Origin: Octopus sinensis
Lineage: Eukaryota
Direction: 5' to 3'
DNA: 24,070 nucleotides
NCBI RefSeq assembly: GCF_006345805.1
Contig: NW_021836380.1
Location: 1 to 24,070, forward strand
The position numbers and the translations under genes are program-made. The notes below the pieces were generated by a model that saw only the letters and a program-made list of their open reading frames with translations, was not told the DNA's origin and made no database searches. Below are positions 22,147-24,070 of this stretch, piece after piece. Position 1 is the stretch's first letter. The number at the start of each line of letters is the position of its first letter.

Positions 22147-22177
<31 letters not shown>

Positions 22178-22416
22178 GTATGTATATGTATTATATATGT
22201 ATATATATATGTAATATATATGTATGTATATGTTATGTATATATTTATTGTATATGTAATATGTATAATAATATATATATATATATGTATATATATGTAT
22301 ATATATATGTATATATATGTAATATATATATGTATATTATGTTATATGTATATATATAATATATATATATATTATAGTATATGTTATATATATATAATAT
22401 ATATATGTATATGTAT

Positions 22417-22450
<34 letters not shown>

Positions 22451-22575
22451 TGTATACATATATATGTATATGTAATGTATATATATATGTATATGTATAT
22501 ATATATATTATATATGTATATTATATATATATGTATATATATATATGTATACATATATATGTTATGTATATGTAT

Positions 22576-22609
<34 letters not shown>

Positions 22610-22683
22610 ATATGTATATGTATATATAATTATATGTACTATATATATGTTATATGTATATATATATATGTATATGTATATAT
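21042..22683. repeat. ~1.64-kb imperfect (TA)n/(TATATG)n tract
   Basis: Direct inspection; source of all the Y/I/M pseudo-ORFs from 21096 to 22817. Confidence 0.98.
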
Positions 22684-23325
22684 CAGTAATTTCTGTCGCA
22701 GAAAATTCCCTACGTATTAACTTAAAACCTGTTGTTCAAAGATACCCTAAATTCCCTACGAAAATTTTCTCTCTCTCTTATTTATATTACATTCTTCTCG
22801 AACCCCGAATTTTCTAGATGTCAGTAATTTCTGTCGCAGAAAATTCCCTACGTATAACTAACTAAAACCTGTTGTTCCTCCGTCGTTATTCCTTTCCCCA
22901 AAGATACCCTAAATTCCCTACGAAATATTTTCTCTCTCTCTTATTTATATTACATTCTTCTCGAACCCCGAAGTTTCTAGATGTTCAGTAATTTCTGTCG
23001 CAGAAAATTCCCTACGTATTAACTTAAAACCTGTGTGTTCAAAGATACCCTAAATTCCCTACGAAAATATTTTCTCTCTCTCTTATTTATATTACATTCT
23101 TCTCGACCCCGAAGTTTCTAGATGTTCAGTAATTTCTGTCGCAGAAAATTCCCTATGTATTAACTTAAAACCTGTTGTTCCTTCGTCGTTATTCCTTTCC
23201 CCAAAGATACCCTAAATTCCCTACGAAATATTTTCTCTCTCTCTTATTTATATTACATTTTTCTCGAACCCCGAAGTTTCTAGATGTTCAGTAATTTCTG
23301 TTGCAGAAAATTCCTTACGAATTAA
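22684..23325. repeat. Tandem satellite B, alternating ~140-bp and ~163-bp units
   Basis: CAGTAATTTCTG starts at 22684, 22822, 22986, 23127 and 23289 (unit lengths 138, 164, 141, 162); the fifth unit diverges after ~35 nt. Confidence 0.93.
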
Positions 23326-23656
23326 ACATGTTGTCCCTTAGCTCTCTCTCTCTCTCTTCCTTCCCCCCTCTCGTTTTCCTCATGCTTCCACCTGATATCC
23401 CCCCCCATCCCTAACTCTTTATAAAGCAGTGTTCGATTTATCTCGTCCTCTTCTCGATTCTACATCTTGCTGACAAAACACTGACTCGAAAAATGACCAG
23501 CTAAGCGAATTAACTTACAACCTGTCATTCATATTCATTTTTTAAGCGTTGATTCGTAACCCTAAATCCCGTTTCTCTATTATTTGTTTCGCCATCTTGT
23601 ATGCATGGCTTCCTGTCTGTCATGCATTTTAAATTCCTCCTTTAATTTCAGTGTCA

Positions 23657-23837
23657 TCCCGTTGTTATTCCATCCCCAGAATTCACTACAATATTCTCCC
23701 TCTCTCCTATTTATATTATGTTTTAATCGAACCCCGAAGTTTCTAGATGTTCAGTAATTTCTGTCGCAGAAAATTCCCTACGTATTAACTTAAAACCTGT
23801 TGTTCCTTGGAGGTTAAAACCTGTTGTTCCTTGGAGG
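23657..23837. repeat. Detached satellite-B unit ending in a 24-bp direct duplication
   Basis: CGAACCCCGAAGTTTCTAGATGTTCAGTAATTTCTGTCGCAGAAAATTCCCTACG recurs at ~23728-23782; TTAAAACCTGTTGTTCCTTGGAGG occurs at 23790-23813 and 23814-23837. Confidence 0.85.
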
Positions 23838-23880
23838 TGACCCCGCCCTCCCGCCCCTCCACCAGAACCGGAAGTTTCTG
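23838..23880 (+). promoter_or_regulatory. Cluster of GC-box-like and ETS-like motifs
   Basis: CCCCGCCC, CCCGCCCC and ACCGGAAGT within ~40 bp. Motif match only; ACCGGAAGTTTCT may be a variant of the satellite-B AACCCCGAAGTTTCT. Confidence 0.25.
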
Positions 23881-24070
23881 TTTTCTATCTTTCTTGACCC
23901 CCCCGCACCCCTATGTAGGGTTTATTGTGATCATATAGCGCAAAAACTTTGAAATTTATGCAGGTTGTAGTCTAGAGTCTCAGTATGATATCTGGCAAAT
24001 GCAAGCTTTCTTTTCAGGTACAGAACACTGCGGCCCCTCATCCCAGGGTCTCAGAGGCCCACACCTCCCA

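Noticed and set aside
21096-22817. Long Y/I/M/C-rich ORFs (also 123-386, 1743-2099 and 2337-2644)
   Set aside because: These are translations of (TA)n/(TG)n microsatellites, which lack stops by construction.
22740-23570. Telomere-like CCCTAA/ACCCTA motifs in satellite B and AGGTTA in satellite A
   Set aside because: These are single scattered hexamers with no (TTAGGG)n run, so they are insufficient to call a telomeric or fusion remnant.

Overview
AT-rich, non-coding eukaryotic DNA with no supportable intact protein-coding gene. The repeat families look like those of Octopus/coleoid cephalopods; this is inferred from my recollection of the SINE, RTE and MITE families, not from a database search. 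Bases 1-17.2 kb are a mosaic of decayed transposons: a CR1/L2-type LINE RT fragment, young and old RTE LINE fragments, four solo RTE-type 3' tails, two inverted tRNA-derived SINE copies, two TTAA-flanked piggyBac-type MITEs, an internally deleted mariner and a Tigger/pogo transposase pseudogene. Bases 17.2-24 kb hold a very homogeneous ~305-bp purine-rich satellite (12 full units plus a partial one), a 1.64-kb (TA)n tract, and a second, pyrimidine-rich satellite with alternating long and short units. The most striking object is a 423-bp fold-back element at 16121-16543. It has 98-bp near-perfect inverted arms, a nested rod of further helices that pair fully only on the + strand, and a minimal type I hammerhead ribozyme motif at the apex (16336-16380).
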